63,308 bases of DNA, filler included, from Chiloscyllium plagiosum (GCF_004010195.1; 5 parts of one record of this genome joined end to end with filler, not necessarily neighbours in it); one strand, 5' to 3'; positions 24,891 to 39,119 are shown, counted from the first letter of the whole stretch. Program-made: numbers and translations. The notes: generated from the sequence alone by a model not told the origin.

Positions 24891-25674
24891 AATTTTGATC
24901 AAATATAGCTATGCAAAAAAAAATCTCATGGTCAGTATGTCTTTAAGTGGCATATTGATGTTATCATCACTATATCTTTACATGTGACCTGAGCGTATGA
25001 AGATTTCATACATGGTTTTACCTCAATCATTTAAAGCATGACATTTAACTGGAAACATACTCCTCTGTTGTAAAGTAAAAGCTTAATATCAGACTAACGT
25101 GCTTGAGAAATGCAATCTTTACACATAATAGTCACTTACAATCAATATCTGTTGGATTCTTCAGTAACGTACCCAGTTTCTTGTGTTACAGGAGGTAACA
25201 CACAAGTATTGTACCAGCAGGTAAAAACACCTTGTTGGAAACCTTGATGGCAAAGATAAGGCAAGTTCACCAGTGCTTGGATTTTTGTGGCTGCAGTAAC
25301 CACAGGAATTCAGAGGAGACCTGGGAAGGCTGCTCCTCGATCTCATTCTTGGCTGAAGGTCCTGCTACAGAATCTCAGGTCTGTAGTGAAGTGAGCTCTC
25401 GAAACAATGTGAGGAAGAGGACAACTGCTGCAAACAAGCACACGTGCAGAGAAGTGACTGAAGAAATCAGAAGCAAAAGGGTGGTCCCTTCCATACAGGG
25501 AATTCAGGGCCACAGGGAGCAGGAAAGAAGAGTGGTTCAACACTTTACGAGTCAAGTCCTTTTCTCTGCTTTTCCGTGCTTTCTTCAGTCTCCTCAGGAC
25601 AAAGCGCATTGTAGCAACACTTGTTCTGTAAGACACTTAGATATCACTTGTATTTTTACCTATACCATAAGGCA

Positions 25675-25872
25675 TCGAGGACATTCTCCCGGCGATCAGG
25701 GGATGGACACAGTGAGAACACTCTCCTGGTGATAGGGAGTAGGGTGGGGCAGAGGCAGTGAGCACATTCTCCCGGTGATCTGGGGAGGGGGGGTGCAGAG
25801 GCAGTGAGGACGTTCTCTCAGTGATCGGGGTGAGGGTTGGGTAGGGGGAGTGAGGACGTTCTCCCGGTGATC
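25675..25872. repeat. G-rich minisatellite, ~46-bp period, 5 units
   Basis: Core GTGAGGACRTTCTCCCGGTGATC at ~25675, 25712, 25758, 25804 and 25850, with variable G-run linkers. Confidence 0.85.
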
Positions 25873-26195
25873 AAAGGCCCAGCAACATAATGGCTGCTGC
25901 CGAAGCGGGATTTGTGGCGACAGCCCGGTCTGGTGGCGGAGTTAGGGACATTTGGTCACAGGGTGAGTGTGGACCCTGCAGCAAAGAGATGGTGCCTAAA
26001 GTAGTGCGACTCCTACGCAAGTATGTCCTGCGCAGGCAGTAGTGGGGCAATGGAGGTCTCCCTTGAGTCTAGGTGACAGCACGGATTGGGTCGGAAAGAC
26101 TGATGTTCTGAACTTTGTACGTCTTACTTTTCTAATTTATTCCTATGACTTATAATACTGACTACTTATTTCTTAACCTTTCTCATTTTGTTTTA

Positions 26196-26357
26196 GAACA
26201 TAGAACATAGAACATAGAACAATACAGCACAGAACAGGCCCTTCAGCCCACGATGTTGTGCCGAACATTTGTCCTAGCTTAAGCACCCATCCATGTACCT
26301 ATCCAATTGCCGCTTAAAGGTCGCCAATGATTCTGACTCTGCCACTCCCACAGGCAG
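26196..26357 (-). mobile_element. Young CR1 3' end
   Basis: Near-identical reverse complement of 806-957. Confidence 0.9.
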
Positions 26358-26457
26358 NNNNNNNNNNNNNNNNNNNNNNNNNNNNNNNNNNNNNNNNNNN
26401 NTTAATTAATTAANNNNNNNNNNNNNNNNNNNNNNNNNNNNNNNNNNNNNNNNNNNN
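26358..26457. other. Artificial contig-joining spacer
   Basis: N44-TTAATTAATTAA-N44. Confidence 0.98.
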
Positions 26458-26895
26458 TACATCTTCCCTTCTGCTGACTGGGGTAGTCCTGTCTTCACTT
26501 GATTTTGTATTTGGGACAGAAGTGTAGAGAGTTTCATGCAGTAACACAACACCTCATCCTCACAGGGGCCTGTTATCTGGCTTCCCTTACGTCTCGGGAC
26601 AATTCCTGTGTTTGTCGGCCTAACAAACAAAATCTCAAACGGGCTAAGATTAGCTCTCCCTCTCCTCCTAGACCTCATATACATTAGCACAATTGGAAGT
26701 GCCTTTGTCCATGTCATCCCTAGTTCCTCACAGCATTTTGTCAATTTATTTTTTATGGTAGAATTTTCTCTTTCCACTGCCCTACCCCTCGTTTGGTGGT
26801 AGACATAGTGCTATCTGATGTTTATTCCCAAATACTCACTAATCTGCTGTAGGGCATTATGGACAAATGGTTTCCTACTGTCACTACTAAGCCTA
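26458..26895 (-). mobile_element. Endogenous retrovirus (class I/ERV1-like) integrase fragment
   Basis: LSSDSRKPFV...YHQTRGRAVERENSTIKNKLTKCCEELGMTWTKALPIVLMYMR...NLSPFEILFVRP corresponds to the integrase SDNG / YHPQSxGxVER / W..LP..L...R / LSPFEILFGRP pattern; one stop codon. Confidence 0.75.
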
Positions 26896-27059
26896 GAGTG
26901 TAGGTTTGCTCGCTGAGCTGTAGGTTTGATATCCAGACGTTTCATTACCAGGCATATGGAGGATAGTGGGCTAGTGTAGGTTAGGTGGGCTTGGATCGGT
27001 GCAACATCGAGGGCCAAAGGGCCTGTACTGCGCTGTATTTTTCTATGTTCTATGTTCTT

Positions 27060-29890
27060 CTGAGGTAGAAGTGACATGTACAAAGACAGGATTGCACCTA
27101 AAATGGAAAGGGACTAATATACCGGCAGGGATTTGCTAGAGCTGCTAGGGAGGATTTAAACTAGGTAGGTGGGGGGTGGGACCCAGCGGATAGGGAGGAA
27201 AGAGATCAATCTGAGACTGGTACAGTGAGAAAAGAAGTGAGTCAAACAGTGAGGACAGGCAGGGACAAAGCAGAGAACAAGGTAGGACTGATAAATTAAA
27301 CTGCAATTATTTCAATGCAAGAGGCCTAACTGGGAAGGCAGATGAACTCAGGACATGGTTAGGAAGATGTGACTGGGATATCATAGCAATTACAGAAACA
27401 TGGCTCAGGGATGGACAGGACTTGCAACTTTATGCTCCAAGATACAAATTTTTTAGATTAGATTAGTTTCCTTACAGTATGGAAACAGGCCATTCGACCC
27501 AACATGTCCACACCGACCCTTCAAAAAGTGTAGCCCACCTAGACCCATTCCCCTACCCTATATTTACCCAATTTGGCATGGCAAATTCACCTATCCTGCA
27601 CATCCTTTGGATTGCTACAGGAAGGACAGAAAGGGAGGCAAGAGAGGAGGGGGAATGGCGTTTTTGATAAGGAATAGCATTACAGCTGTCCTGAGGGAGA
27701 ATATTCCGGGAATTACATCCAGGGAAGTTAGTTGGGTGGAACTGAGAAATAAGAAAGGGACGATCACCTTATTGGGATTGTATTATAGACCCCCTAATAG
27801 TCAGAGGGAAATTGAGAAAGACATTTGTGTGGAGACCTCAGTTATCTGTAAGAATAATAATGTGTTATGGTGGGCGATTTTAAATTTACAAACATAGACT
27901 GGGACTGCCATCGTGTTAAGGGTTTAGATGGAGAAGAATTTGTAAAGAGTGCAGAAGAAAAAATTGCTGATTCAGTATGTGAATGTACCCACTCAAAAGG
28001 GTGCAAAACTTGACCTACGCTTGGGAAATAAGGCAGGGCAAGTGACTGAGGAGTCAGTAGGGGGAGCACTTTGGGGCCAGCGACCATAATTCTATTAGTT
28101 TTTAAATAGTGATGGAAAAGGATGGACCAGATCTAAAAGTTGAAGTTCTGAATTGGAGGAAGGTCAATTTTGACGGTATTAGGCAAGAACTTTCAAAAGC
28201 TGACTGGAGGCAGATGGTTCGCAGGTAATGGGACGGCTGGAAAATGGCAAATCTTCAGAAATGAGATGAGAGTCCAGAGAAAGTACATTCCTGTCAGGGT
28301 GAAAGGAAAGATTGGTAGGGAATGCTGGATAACTAAAGAAATTGAGGGTTTGGTTAAGAAGGAGGAGGAAGCATGTCAGGTATAGACAGGATAGATCGAG
28401 TGAATCCTTAGAAGAGTATAAAGGCAGTAGGAGTCTACTTAAGAGGGAAATCAGGAGGGCAAAAAAGGGGGCATGAGATAGCTTTGGCAAATTGAATTAA
28501 CGAGAATCCAAAGGGTATGTATAATACATTAAGGACAAAAGGGTAACTAGGGAGAGAATAGGGCCCCTCAAAGATCAGCAAGGCAGCCTTTGTGTGGAGC
28601 CACAGAAAATGGGGGAGATACTAAACGAGTATTTTGCATCAGTATTTACTGTGGAAAAGGCTATGGAAGATATAGACTGTAGGGAAATAGATGGTGACAT
28701 CTTGAAAAATGACCATATTACAGAGGAGGAAGTGCAGAGCGGTAGACGTGATCTATATGGACTTCAGTAAGGCGTTCGACAAGGTTCCGCATGGGAGACT
28801 GATTAGCAAGGTTAGATCTCATGGAATACATGGAGAACTAGCCATTTGGATACAGAACTGACTCAAAGGTAGAAGACAGAGGGTGGTGGTGGAGGATTAT
28901 TTTTCAGACTGGAGGCCTGTGACCAGTGGAGTGCCACAAGGATCGGTGCTGAGTCCACAACTTTTCGTCATGTATATAAATGATTTGGATGTGAACATAG
29001 GTACAGTTAGTAAGTTTGTAGACGACACCAAAATTGGAGGTGTAGTGGACAGCAAAGAAAGTTGCCTCAGATGACAACGGGACCTTGATCAGATGGGCCA
29101 ATGGGCTAAGGAGTGGCAGACAGAATTTAATTTAGGTAAATGCGAGGTGCTGCATTTTAAGAAAGCAAATCTTAGCAGGACTTATACACTTAGTGGTAAG
29201 ATCCTGAGGAGCGTTGCTGAACAAAGAGACCCTGGAGTGCTGGTTCATAGCTCCTTGTAAGTAGTGTTGCAGGTAGATAGGATAGTGAAGGTGGTGTTTG
29301 GTATGCTTTCCTTTATTTGTCAGAGTATTGAGTACAGGAATTGGGAGGTCATGTTGTGGCTGTACAGGACATTGGTTAGGCCAAATTTGGAATATTGCAT
29401 GCAATTCTGGTCTCCTTACTATCAGAAAGTTGTTGTGAAACCTGAAAGGGTTCAGAAAGGATTTACAAGGATATTGCCAGGATAGAAGGATTTGAGTTAT
29501 AGGGAGAGGTTGAATAGTCTAAGGCTGTATTCCCTGGAGCGTCGGAGGCTGAGGGGTGACCTTATAAGAGGTTTATCAAATGAGGGGCTTGGATCGGGTA
29601 AATAGACAAGGTTTTTTTACTGGGGTCAGTAAGTCCAGAACTAGAGGGCATAGGTTTAGGGTGAGAAGGGAAAGATATAAAAGGGACCTATGCGGCAGCT
29701 TTTCCACACAGCGGATGGTGCGTGTGTGGAATGGGCTACCAGAGGACGTGGTGGAGGCTGGTGCAATTGCAACATTTAAAAAAATCTGGATGGGTATATG
29801 AATATGAAGGTTTTGGAGGGATATGGGTCAGGCGCTGGAAGAGTTGGACTGAAGAGTTTGTTTCTGTTCTGTACATCTCTATGACTCTAC
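27060..29890 (+). mobile_element. Long CR1 LINE (ORF1 end, endonuclease, RT, 3' end) with internal deletion and nested SINE piece (~27453-27612)
   Basis: [64 protein letters not shown]. Confidence 0.92.
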
Positions 29891-29894
29891 GATT

Positions 29895-30712
29895 CTATCT
29901 TGATCAACTGGGTCAATGGGCTTAGGGATAACAGATGGAGTTTAATTTGCATAAATGTGAGGTGTTGCATTTTGCTAAAACAAACAAGGGTACCACTTAT
30001 ACAATTGACATTAGGGACTAGCGTAGTGTTGAAGAACAGTGACCTCTCGGGATTCAGGAACACAATTCTTTGAAATTCACATCATAGGTAGCCAGGATGA
30101 TTCAGAAGGCATTTAGCATGATTGCCTTCATTGTTCAGACTTTTGGGGATCGGAGTCAGGACGTTATATTGACCGTTCTACAGGACATTGGTGAGGCTTC
30201 TTCTGGAATACTATGTACAGTTCTGATCACTCTGCTTAGGGAAGGATATTATTAAACTGGAAAGGATTCAGACAGGATTTATCAGGATGTGGCTGGGATT
30301 GGAGGGTTTGTGTTATAAAAATGGGCTGGGAATTTTTCACTGAAGCATAGAAGGTTGAGAGGTGTTCTTAGAGGTTTATAAAATCATGAGGGGCATAGAA
30401 AAGATGAATGGTGATGGTCTTTTCTCTTGGGTGGAGGAGTTCAAAATTAGGGGCATATTTTTAAGGTGAGAGAGGAGAAAGTTTTAAAAGGGTCATGAGG
30501 AGCAACTATTTTACTCAGACTGATTAGTGTATAAAATGAACTCCCAGAGGAAGTGTGGATACAGGCACAGTTACAACATATAAAAGACATTTGGATAAGT
30601 ACATGAATAGAAAAGGTTTGGGGGAATAATGGACTAGTTTAGGTTGGAATAATGGTCGGCATGGATTAGTTGGACCCAAGGGTCTGTTTCCATGCTCTTT
30701 TACTCTATGATT
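29895..30712 (+). mobile_element. Older CR1 3' fragment
   Basis: MEFNLHKCEVLHF and YRTLVRLLLEYYVQF remnants plus 3' tail. Confidence 0.8.
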
Positions 30713-31084
30713 CTATCTGCAGTTCTTTCATCTTCTGTTATTCAGGAATTACTTTGTACTTGTGTTGTCCTTCAGTAGCTCTACCAAGCTATGAGCTTTT
30801 GGTTTGGCTAACCAATCTTTATGGAAAACTTCCACAAAACTGGATGGAATACCCATTTCAACAATTCTGTTTGCTAGCTCCCCATCCAAAAATTCTTATT
30901 ATGAGTCCTTTACTCTGCATCGACTTCAAAGTGATCTACGAGTTCTATCAGCCTCTAAATAAATGACATGAATTCTAGACAATATGTACTGATACTTAAC
31001 CAAATTTGGTCTTCAACTGTGGTTTATTTCATTTGGGGATCATGCTGATAATCATGTTAATCCTGATGTGTTAAGTCTGTGTAG

Positions 31085-31570
31085 TCACAGAGCTGTACTG
31101 CAAGAAAACAGACCCTTTGGTTCAACTTGTCACATTTGCCAGCACTTGGCCAATATTTCTCAAAACCATTCCTATTCATCTACCCACCCAGGTGCCTTTT
31201 AAATGTTGTAATGTTACTAGCCTCCACCACTTCCTCTGGCAGCATATTCCAGATACACACACCCTTTGCGTAACAAATTTGCCCATCAGGTCCCTTTTAA
31301 ATCTTTCACCTCTCACATTAAACCTCTCACATTATGCCCTCTTGTTTTGAACTCCCCTGTGAAAAGACCTTGGCTATTCACCCTATCCATGCCCCTCATG
31401 ATTTTATAAACCTCTATAAGGTCACCCCTCAGCCTTCGACGCTCCAGGGAAAATAACACCAGCCTATTCAGCCTCTCCTTACAGCTCAAACCCTCCAATC
31501 TTGTAAATATTTTCTGAACTGTTTCAAGTTTTACAACATCCTTCCTATAGGAGGGAGAGCAAAATTGAAT
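31085..31570 (-). mobile_element. CR1 3' fragment
   Basis: FSLERRRLRGDLIEVYKIMRGMDRVNSQGLF. Confidence 0.88.
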
Positions 31571-33117
31571 GTCCTTAGATTCCAGCTGCCAAGCAAGTCT
31601 TATTGGCTGTTTTTCCACGTTGGAATTACCCAAATCTACAAATGATAGCTCTCAATGCTGCTGAAACATTTTAAATTCAATTCAGAGGTCGGTTATGTCC
31701 CAACTTAAATTAGGTATTTTCTTAGGATTCTTATGATATTCTTTTCACTTTTCTTTTCTTTCTGAATCCAGCCCACACCCTGATCACTTGTCCTTTTCAA
31801 ATCAAACTGACCTCTTGATATGGAATTGTCTGCTTACCAGAAAGCTGCATTTTCAACACTTTTTAACACAAAGACATCAAGGGTTTCCTCATGCATTTTA
31901 GCACTCTTTAAGACTGTCAGTCACATGTGTCATATACAGATTAGTTTGTTTGTTGACTGTTCAGGCATGATAGGCCTCATCAGCAAAGTTTTCCACAGCC
32001 ACCACAATTCACCTTAATGGTATTAGTCTAATAATCCATTTGCTCATTAGGGATGTGCTCACCTCCCAGTTACTCAATTGTTTTTCCCAATACCGCATCT
32101 CACTGAAGCTTCACATGGCTGCACTCCAGCATCTAATCACTGGCACAGTTTGAGCTCTCCAGATGTACTAGGCAGAACCCGATTGCACACAGTCTACATG
32201 GCTCCAAGTACGTGAAGACAGATAATAGGATCCCTTTTGTAGCATCTTCTCTAACTCCCACTTTTCAAAGCTTACTGATCTGTGACTGCTGTTCACATAT
32301 CCTTGAACTAGTTTGATCTGTTAAAGAGGAATAAGCCCCAGCCTTGTTGTTTGAAATGATCAGACACAAACAGTGTTGAAACACCTTCTGTTTATTAATT
32401 ACAATCAACCAGCTGCCAGCTCACACAGCACAATTAGTCACAAAACTAGATATTAACACAATGTGGATTCGAATTAAATGGGCATTATAGAAATGGAATT
32501 GAGAATACATTACATATTATCTTTATTAGAAAGAATTGTTCCCTCTAATTTCCATAAGAATTCACTTCTAGGCAAAATGACTTTCTGATTCCAGTTCATT
32601 TTTGATCAAAAGGATTGTTCCACATGTTCGCCTTCCTATTGATGTAAGCTCCAATGTATCAGTGCTAGTGTTGGCTACTCAGAAAAGTATTCTGTACTCC
32701 TAGGAGATGTTGCCCTGACCAGGTTTTATATAGTTTGCACTAGTTGGTGGGTAACCCTCCTTCAGTAAGAATGCACATCTGCCTTTGCATATCACCTTGT
32801 CCTTTGTGTAATACTACCGGTAATGTCATCCTTTCCTGAAGTTCCTCCTGCTCAATGAGGAAACAAGCAAACTGGCCTCAGCCTTTTTTTAATGCCTGAC
32901 TGGGCTGATAGGCAACCCACAACCTCATGTGATCTAGTATAACCATTTAGACGAATCTAATGTCTTCAAAAATGAATCTGCATATTTGAAAAAAAAAGGA
33001 TCCTTGTGTCTTGCATCAAGAGTTCCTCTAGTCTGTTGAAAAAGACAACTTACAATTACAACCCACAGGATATATAGTGGGGAAAATAATTTTCACTATT
33101 CACTTACTCAGCAAGCA

Positions 33118-34348
33118 GATTGCTTGAGTTTTTTGAAGAAGTAACAAAGAGGATTGATGGGGGCAGAGCAGTAGATATGATCTCTTTGGACTTCAGTAAG
33201 GCGTTCAACAAGGTTCCCCATGGGAGACTGATTAGCAAGGTTAGATCTCATGGAATACAGGGAGAACTAGCCATTTGGATACAGAACTGGCTCAAAGGTA
33301 GAAGACAGAGGGTGCTGGTGGAGGGTTGTTTTTCAGACTGGTGGCCTGTGACCAGTAGAGTGCCACAAGGATCGGTGCTGGGTCCTCTACTTTTTGTCAT
33401 TTACATAAATGATTTGGATGCGTGCATAAGAGGTGCAGTTAGTATGTTTGCAGATGATACCAAAACTGGAGGTGTAGTGGACAACGAAGAGGGTTACCTC
33501 AGATTACAACAGGATCAGGACCAGATGGGTCAATGGGCTGAGAAGTGGCAGATGGAGTTTAATTCAGATAAATGCGAGGTGCTGCATTTTGGGAAAGCAA
33601 ATCTTAGCAGGACTTATACACTTAATGGTAAGGTCCTAGGGAGTGTTGCTGAACAAAGAGACCTTGGAGTGCAGATTCATGCTCCTTGAAAGTGGAGACG
33701 CAGGTAGATAGGATAGTGAAGGCGGGTTTTGGTATGCTTTCATTTATTGGTCAGGGTATTGAGTACTGGAGTTGGGAGGTCATGTTGCGGCTGTACAGGA
33801 CATTGGTTAGGCCACTGTTGGAATATTGCGTGCAATTCTGGTCTCCTTCCTATCAAAAAGATGTTGTGAAACTTGAAAGGGTTTCGGAAAAGATTTACAA
33901 AGATCTTGCCAGGGTTGGAGGATTTGTGCTATACGGAGAGGCGATCATGCTGGGGCTGTTTTCCCTGAAGTGTCCGAGGCTGAGGGGGACCTTATAGAGG
34001 TTTACAAAATTATAAGGCAAAGTCTTTTCCCTGGGGTCTGGGAGTCCAGAACTAGAGGTCATAGTTTAGGGTGAGAGGGGTAAGATATAATAGAGACCTA
34101 AGGGGCAACTCTTTCACACAGAAGGTGGTACGTGTATGGAATGAGCTACCAGAGGATTTGGTGGAGGCTGGTACAATTGCAACATTTAAGAGGCATCTGG
34201 ATGGGTATATGAATAGGACATTTGGAGGGATATGGGCCGGGTGCTGGCAGGTGGGACTAGATTGGGTTGGGATATCTGGTCAGCATGGATGGGTTGGACT
34301 GAAGGGTCTGTTTCCATGCTGTACATCTTTATGACTCAATGACTCTAT
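33118..34348 (+). mobile_element. 5'-truncated CR1 LINE (RT domain to tail)
   Basis: LDFSKAFNKVPHGRL...[19 protein letters not shown]...FADDTK...YRTLVRPLLEYCVQFWSP. Confidence 0.95.
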
Positions 34349-37300
34349 TCAGGTAGTGTTTTATTGGCAAAAGAACAGTAACCTGCAACAGTAAAATCCA
34401 GCTTCCAATTCCTAATGCAACCTATGAACATTTCCAAGGGCAAACAAGAAATGTCCTTTACCAATAACTCCGGCACCATTTTGACTCCGTGCACATGTAA
34501 ATACAACAGCTCCATAACCTATCTCCAACCCAAACTCCCAATCATTTATGAATGCACCACAAGCCTAACTGTCACATTCCACATTGCAGAATACCCCCTC
34601 CTACCCCCAATCTCCTGTATATGCCCTCAGGCCAAAGATAATTTGCTGGTTGGTTACTGAAACAAAACTTCTATGTTACTCCTCATACAGCACCTCTAAC
34701 ATGAGGTTCAGCATCAAGGCCCAATATGCTCACACTTTTACATTTATACGTAAGCTAAGTAATATGTGTTGATTGGAGAACTGACCAAAAAATGGACAAT
34801 TGACTTTGCAACATAAATAATTTGATATTGCTTTACCTCAGTAACATTTCACTGGGATTTTTCCATAAAACGTTATTAGAATAAATTGACACTTTTGTAT
34901 CAAAACTCATTTATAAAAAATACTGTATATGCAAAGTTTATTTTGGTGCAGTCATGAAATACAGTTATGATTATGCTCAAAGTCTGACCAACTGGAATTA
35001 GAGATTACCAATAAACTCACTGGTATCTTTCCTTTAGATGGTGGTATTCAGTACGGCTCAGTTCTTCAATTCTCTCTGTTAAATTAGTAAGAAAAGCATT
35101 TCTTCTGCAAAACAAAATGCAAAAACTTAATGGGAAAAAGAATTAGCGATCACTACTGTTGAGCTGGCATCTCCATGGTTTTATTTACATAGGTAAATAC
35201 ATTTCCAAACTTAATACAGTTCTTTTGTTCCAATGTAACAGCCAAATTTTTTCACTTGAATTATGAGATGGGGTGTATGCAGTACTTCCGGGGAAAAACA
35301 GCTGGAGCAAAATATTGTGGCAGGTTTACAAGTTATTCTAATGAAGAACAGATGGTTCAGGTTGTTTCTGATGATTGCTTCCTAGATTAATGTTATTACG
35401 AGGTACCAATAATTTGTGAACATTGGCTAGTATTAAAAGAGAAAGACCTTTAACAAAAGCTTCAAGTGGGAGAAAAGTAACTCCTGTTTGGTTTTTATCT
35501 TCATGTAATGATGGGCCATTAGGCCATTTTTACCCTGCCTACTCAGGCTGCAGGTAGTTAAATTCAATCTCTCCCATATTCCACCCTATCACAAGCCTTC
35601 CTCTGACCTTTTTCCACCCACCCCTTGCTGAAAATCTATTATATCTCTAACTTTTCACAGCTCTGATAAAAAAAAGGGCATCAACATGAAATATTTCTCT
35701 TTCCATAAACGTTGCTCGATCTGTTATGCAATTCCATCACTTTCTGTTTGTGAAGTGATTCCAACAGTAATACTGCAAATTTTGAGAATTCTACTAAAAT
35801 AAGGACTTCTCTGGTCAGAATGGCTTCCAATGCTAAATTCCTTAGTCTACAAGAGGTTAACAATCCAGGATTAACACTACAGATGATTTCACCTTCATGC
35901 TGTCCCCATTCCAAAATCTGAAACAGATTCTGTCTTGGGATGGATGGAAGGGCAAACGCATTTCGGTGATGCACATATTTTGACACAGCAGCTTGGCAGT
36001 AATTTAAAGGTTATGCATGTAGCACCATTTTTCTTTTCACTAGGTGTCTACTGATTACAGCTTTCTCCTATTCAAAACAAAGTCGCTTTCTGTATCATCA
36101 CCAATGAAGAAAAATAATTACAGGATTGCATTGGCACATAAATACAAAGGAGAATTAAAGTTATTTATTGTGGTTGAGATAATAGCTGATACAAAATAAT
36201 TGACTGAATACTAGCTCACTTGATACAGTACCAATAGTTTATGTACAGCACTTTCCCTTTCAGTTCTGCAATCTGAGTTTAGATTCCAGGTTAATGCAAT
36301 GACTCCACCTCTTTCAATCCTAACTGACTGTAGGTATCTCAATGAAATACTCTGAGGACTCAATGCAACACTCAGCGCTGACAAAAAAAAACATTAATCT
36401 GAAACATTTACTCTGTTTCCATCTCCACAGGTACCAATTTACAACATAAAACTGATCATAACTCAATGTACACTGCCCGTCATACTTAAAGACATCTGTA
36501 ATGGTGATATATGCTGTTCTTTGACCTTTACATAATACTAAAGGACTAGAAATTACAACCATACTACATTGCGCCTTGAAATACCTGCTACTGACATGCA
36601 TGGAAAAAGTTCATTTCGAAACACTGAAATCCATCATGGATGAAAAATAGCTCACAAAAATACATACATTAAAGCCAAAATAGGGTAATCGTAATTCTTA
36701 ACTTACCCATTATTTGGAAGAAGCACAGAGGAAGCTGAGAGAAAGTCACCTATTAAATACATCGAGCATAATTTCAGATAAACTTAAGTCATTGTTGAAA
36801 TAATGCAAAATAGGTCTAATTATGGGAAGAAACGTTAAGTTTAAGCAAGTAAAATTAGGATAATATTTAGATATTACCATACTCAGCATACAGATAATGG
36901 ACTTTCTAAACAACCAGTTTCACATTACAAGGAACATTAATCATGTGCATTCAAATAAAACAAATTATTTTATTGCCCTCATCCTGTGAATAAACAAAAA
37001 AAACTATCAAAAAAACATGCTATACCATCTAACAGCAATAGTGTGCCAAATTTAATCAGCAGTTTTGATATCTTTAAAAGAATTAGGAAATTGCTCATAT
37101 TAACTCACTAAATACAACATTCACTTTACACTACCAAGTCCAGCTAATGTCATTTTATAGCCTTCAAATATAGGTTATTCACTCAGTTAACTCACCAAAG
37201 ATCAACTAACAAGTGCTAACATAATCCACACTGCAAAGATTTTCTGAGGTTTAATGGTAAGCAGATGTAAGTTTATTCACATGATTGATCACCTTGCTCT

Positions 37301-38539
37301 GTGTACACACCATGTTCAGTACACATTAAATCACTTTAAGAGTATATTTCACAAATTGTGCCTTCGGGGTTTGATTCAGTGACTGTTGCTTTTTGGTTAA
37401 CAAACCCGGAAAATAAAACTATTTACTCGAGATGCAGAAAATATTTTTTGATGTATTTGGTTGCTAATTAGTTTAAAGTACAAAACAATGTAACTTTAAA
37501 TTTAAACAGGCCTACCTTTTTCACAATATTCTTCACTGCCCATTAGTCTTTGTAGAAGCACTGAAAATTAACTGGTGAAACTCAAAATGTTCAACTCAAA
37601 ATGATTAATTGTGCCGTCAATGTGCCTTTATGATCCTGAGATTGGTGTGAAAACAATTCTTGATAATAGCAAACACCAGAAAAATCCATTGTGTTCAGCC
37701 AAACATTTCCATGTTAATGTTATTAGTTCATGCAGCTTAAGTTAAGTGATCCACTGCATTTACACAATTCTTAAAGACCACAAGAATTCTGATCTGATCT
37801 TAAGACATTTTTTAAAACTTGGAAGCAAAATAATTCAACTGGAATTTCACGTTTTTCAAAAAGACAAATACATTATTTAAAAATAAAGTTCAGTGAAATA
37901 AATTTCCAATGATTCATGTGGTCTTCAACAGACAATGCACAGACAGAGGAACAGATTGTGTATCAGTACCTTTACTTAACATAAGATGTATTGAACTTGA
38001 ATTAATTCAGGTAGTAGAAGATCAAGAAAGCCTAACATCCCCTCAGTCTGCACAGACCTTCAGAGATTAAGAGATGGGAAAACGAGTAAATACAACTTTT
38101 GAAAAAAGGCAAGATTATTGCAGTTTTAAACATTTTCTGATTTGAATAAAGTTGTGATGGTCACATTCATATGATGCATGGTGTACTTTTGTGCATGTTC
38201 ATGTGTATGTCACAAAACATTCAAACAGCCTCACGTGCGCTTCGAGAATCCATGTGAAATAAAACAATTCCTACTTTCTAGGAACACATTAACACATTTG
38301 TTTCTAGTGGGGCAAATTGTACATTGCAACAAAAACAAAATGAGGGTTTTGGGAAAAAAATCACTCCATTTCACTCCATATTCTATATCCAGGCATTCTA
38401 TTTTCACCACACACAGGCACACATATACACAATCATTCTCTCCTAACACAGCTATACCATTTTCATTGTCTACAATTAATGCACGAAACAAGAAATAAAA
38501 ATTGCCCTCATGCATGTTCTCACACAGAACATTACATAC

Positions 38540-38647
38540 ATTACTAATTTGCTCTTGAGTTCTTTTTAATCTTTGCAGTTCAGGAGTGTCAGTAACAATA
38601 CTAAATCCTCTTCCCCGGTTCTTTTCAAAGTCTTCTTTATACTTGGC
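38540..38647 (-). CDS. NEBL: NEBL locus: LASP2 (LIM-nebulette)-specific nebulin-repeat exon, intact
   Basis: ccttccag|GCC...AAT|gtatgt, 108 nt, phase 0. [36 protein letters not shown]; the last 25 aa ([25 protein letters not shown]) equal recalled human LASP2. Confidence 0.93.
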
Positions 38648-39119
38648 CTGGAAGGTAAAGAAAATGTAACTTAAAAGGAGCATATCAAAGTTAATGACTT
38701 CATTTATTTATTTCTATACCTCTTTTCGACCAGAAAATTTAGAATTATACTGCAATGAAAGAGGCCTTTCAGTCTTCCATGATTTAAACTATCAGTTCAA
38801 TCCTATTTCCCTGTTCCTTCCCCTTAACCCTGTAAATATTTTGCCTTAAGTGTTTAATCAATTACATTTTAAGACTTAGCACCTTTGCTTCCACCATCCT
38901 TTTGACCACTGCATTCTTGGTCGTCATAATTCACCATGTTAAAAAATCTTTCCTTATGTTGTCTCTGATTTCTTTAAATCAAATATCTTAAGTGTATGTT
39001 CTCTGATTACCCACCCTTTTGCAAACTAGAACAATTTGTCCTCCTTCATTTTGAATACCTCGATCAAATTTCCTCTGAAACATATATTGCCCTTAGGAGA
39101 ACAGCTAGCTATTCCAATA

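Noticed and set aside
25675..25872. CRISPR-like repeat-spacer look
   Set aside because: Vertebrate context, degenerate repeats, mutually similar low-complexity linkers and no cas genes.
36675..36684. Perfect CArG box CCAAAATAGG in the intron where a cardiac nebulette promoter might lie
   Set aside because: A single 10-mer in AT-rich DNA is expected by chance, and no first exon was identified.
37516..37560. AG/GT-bounded 45-nt segment starting CFYKD* (possible nebulette exon 2 relic); similar candidates at 35021-35075 and 36707-36749
   Set aside because: Too short with no convincing homology; such splice-like pairs arise by chance.
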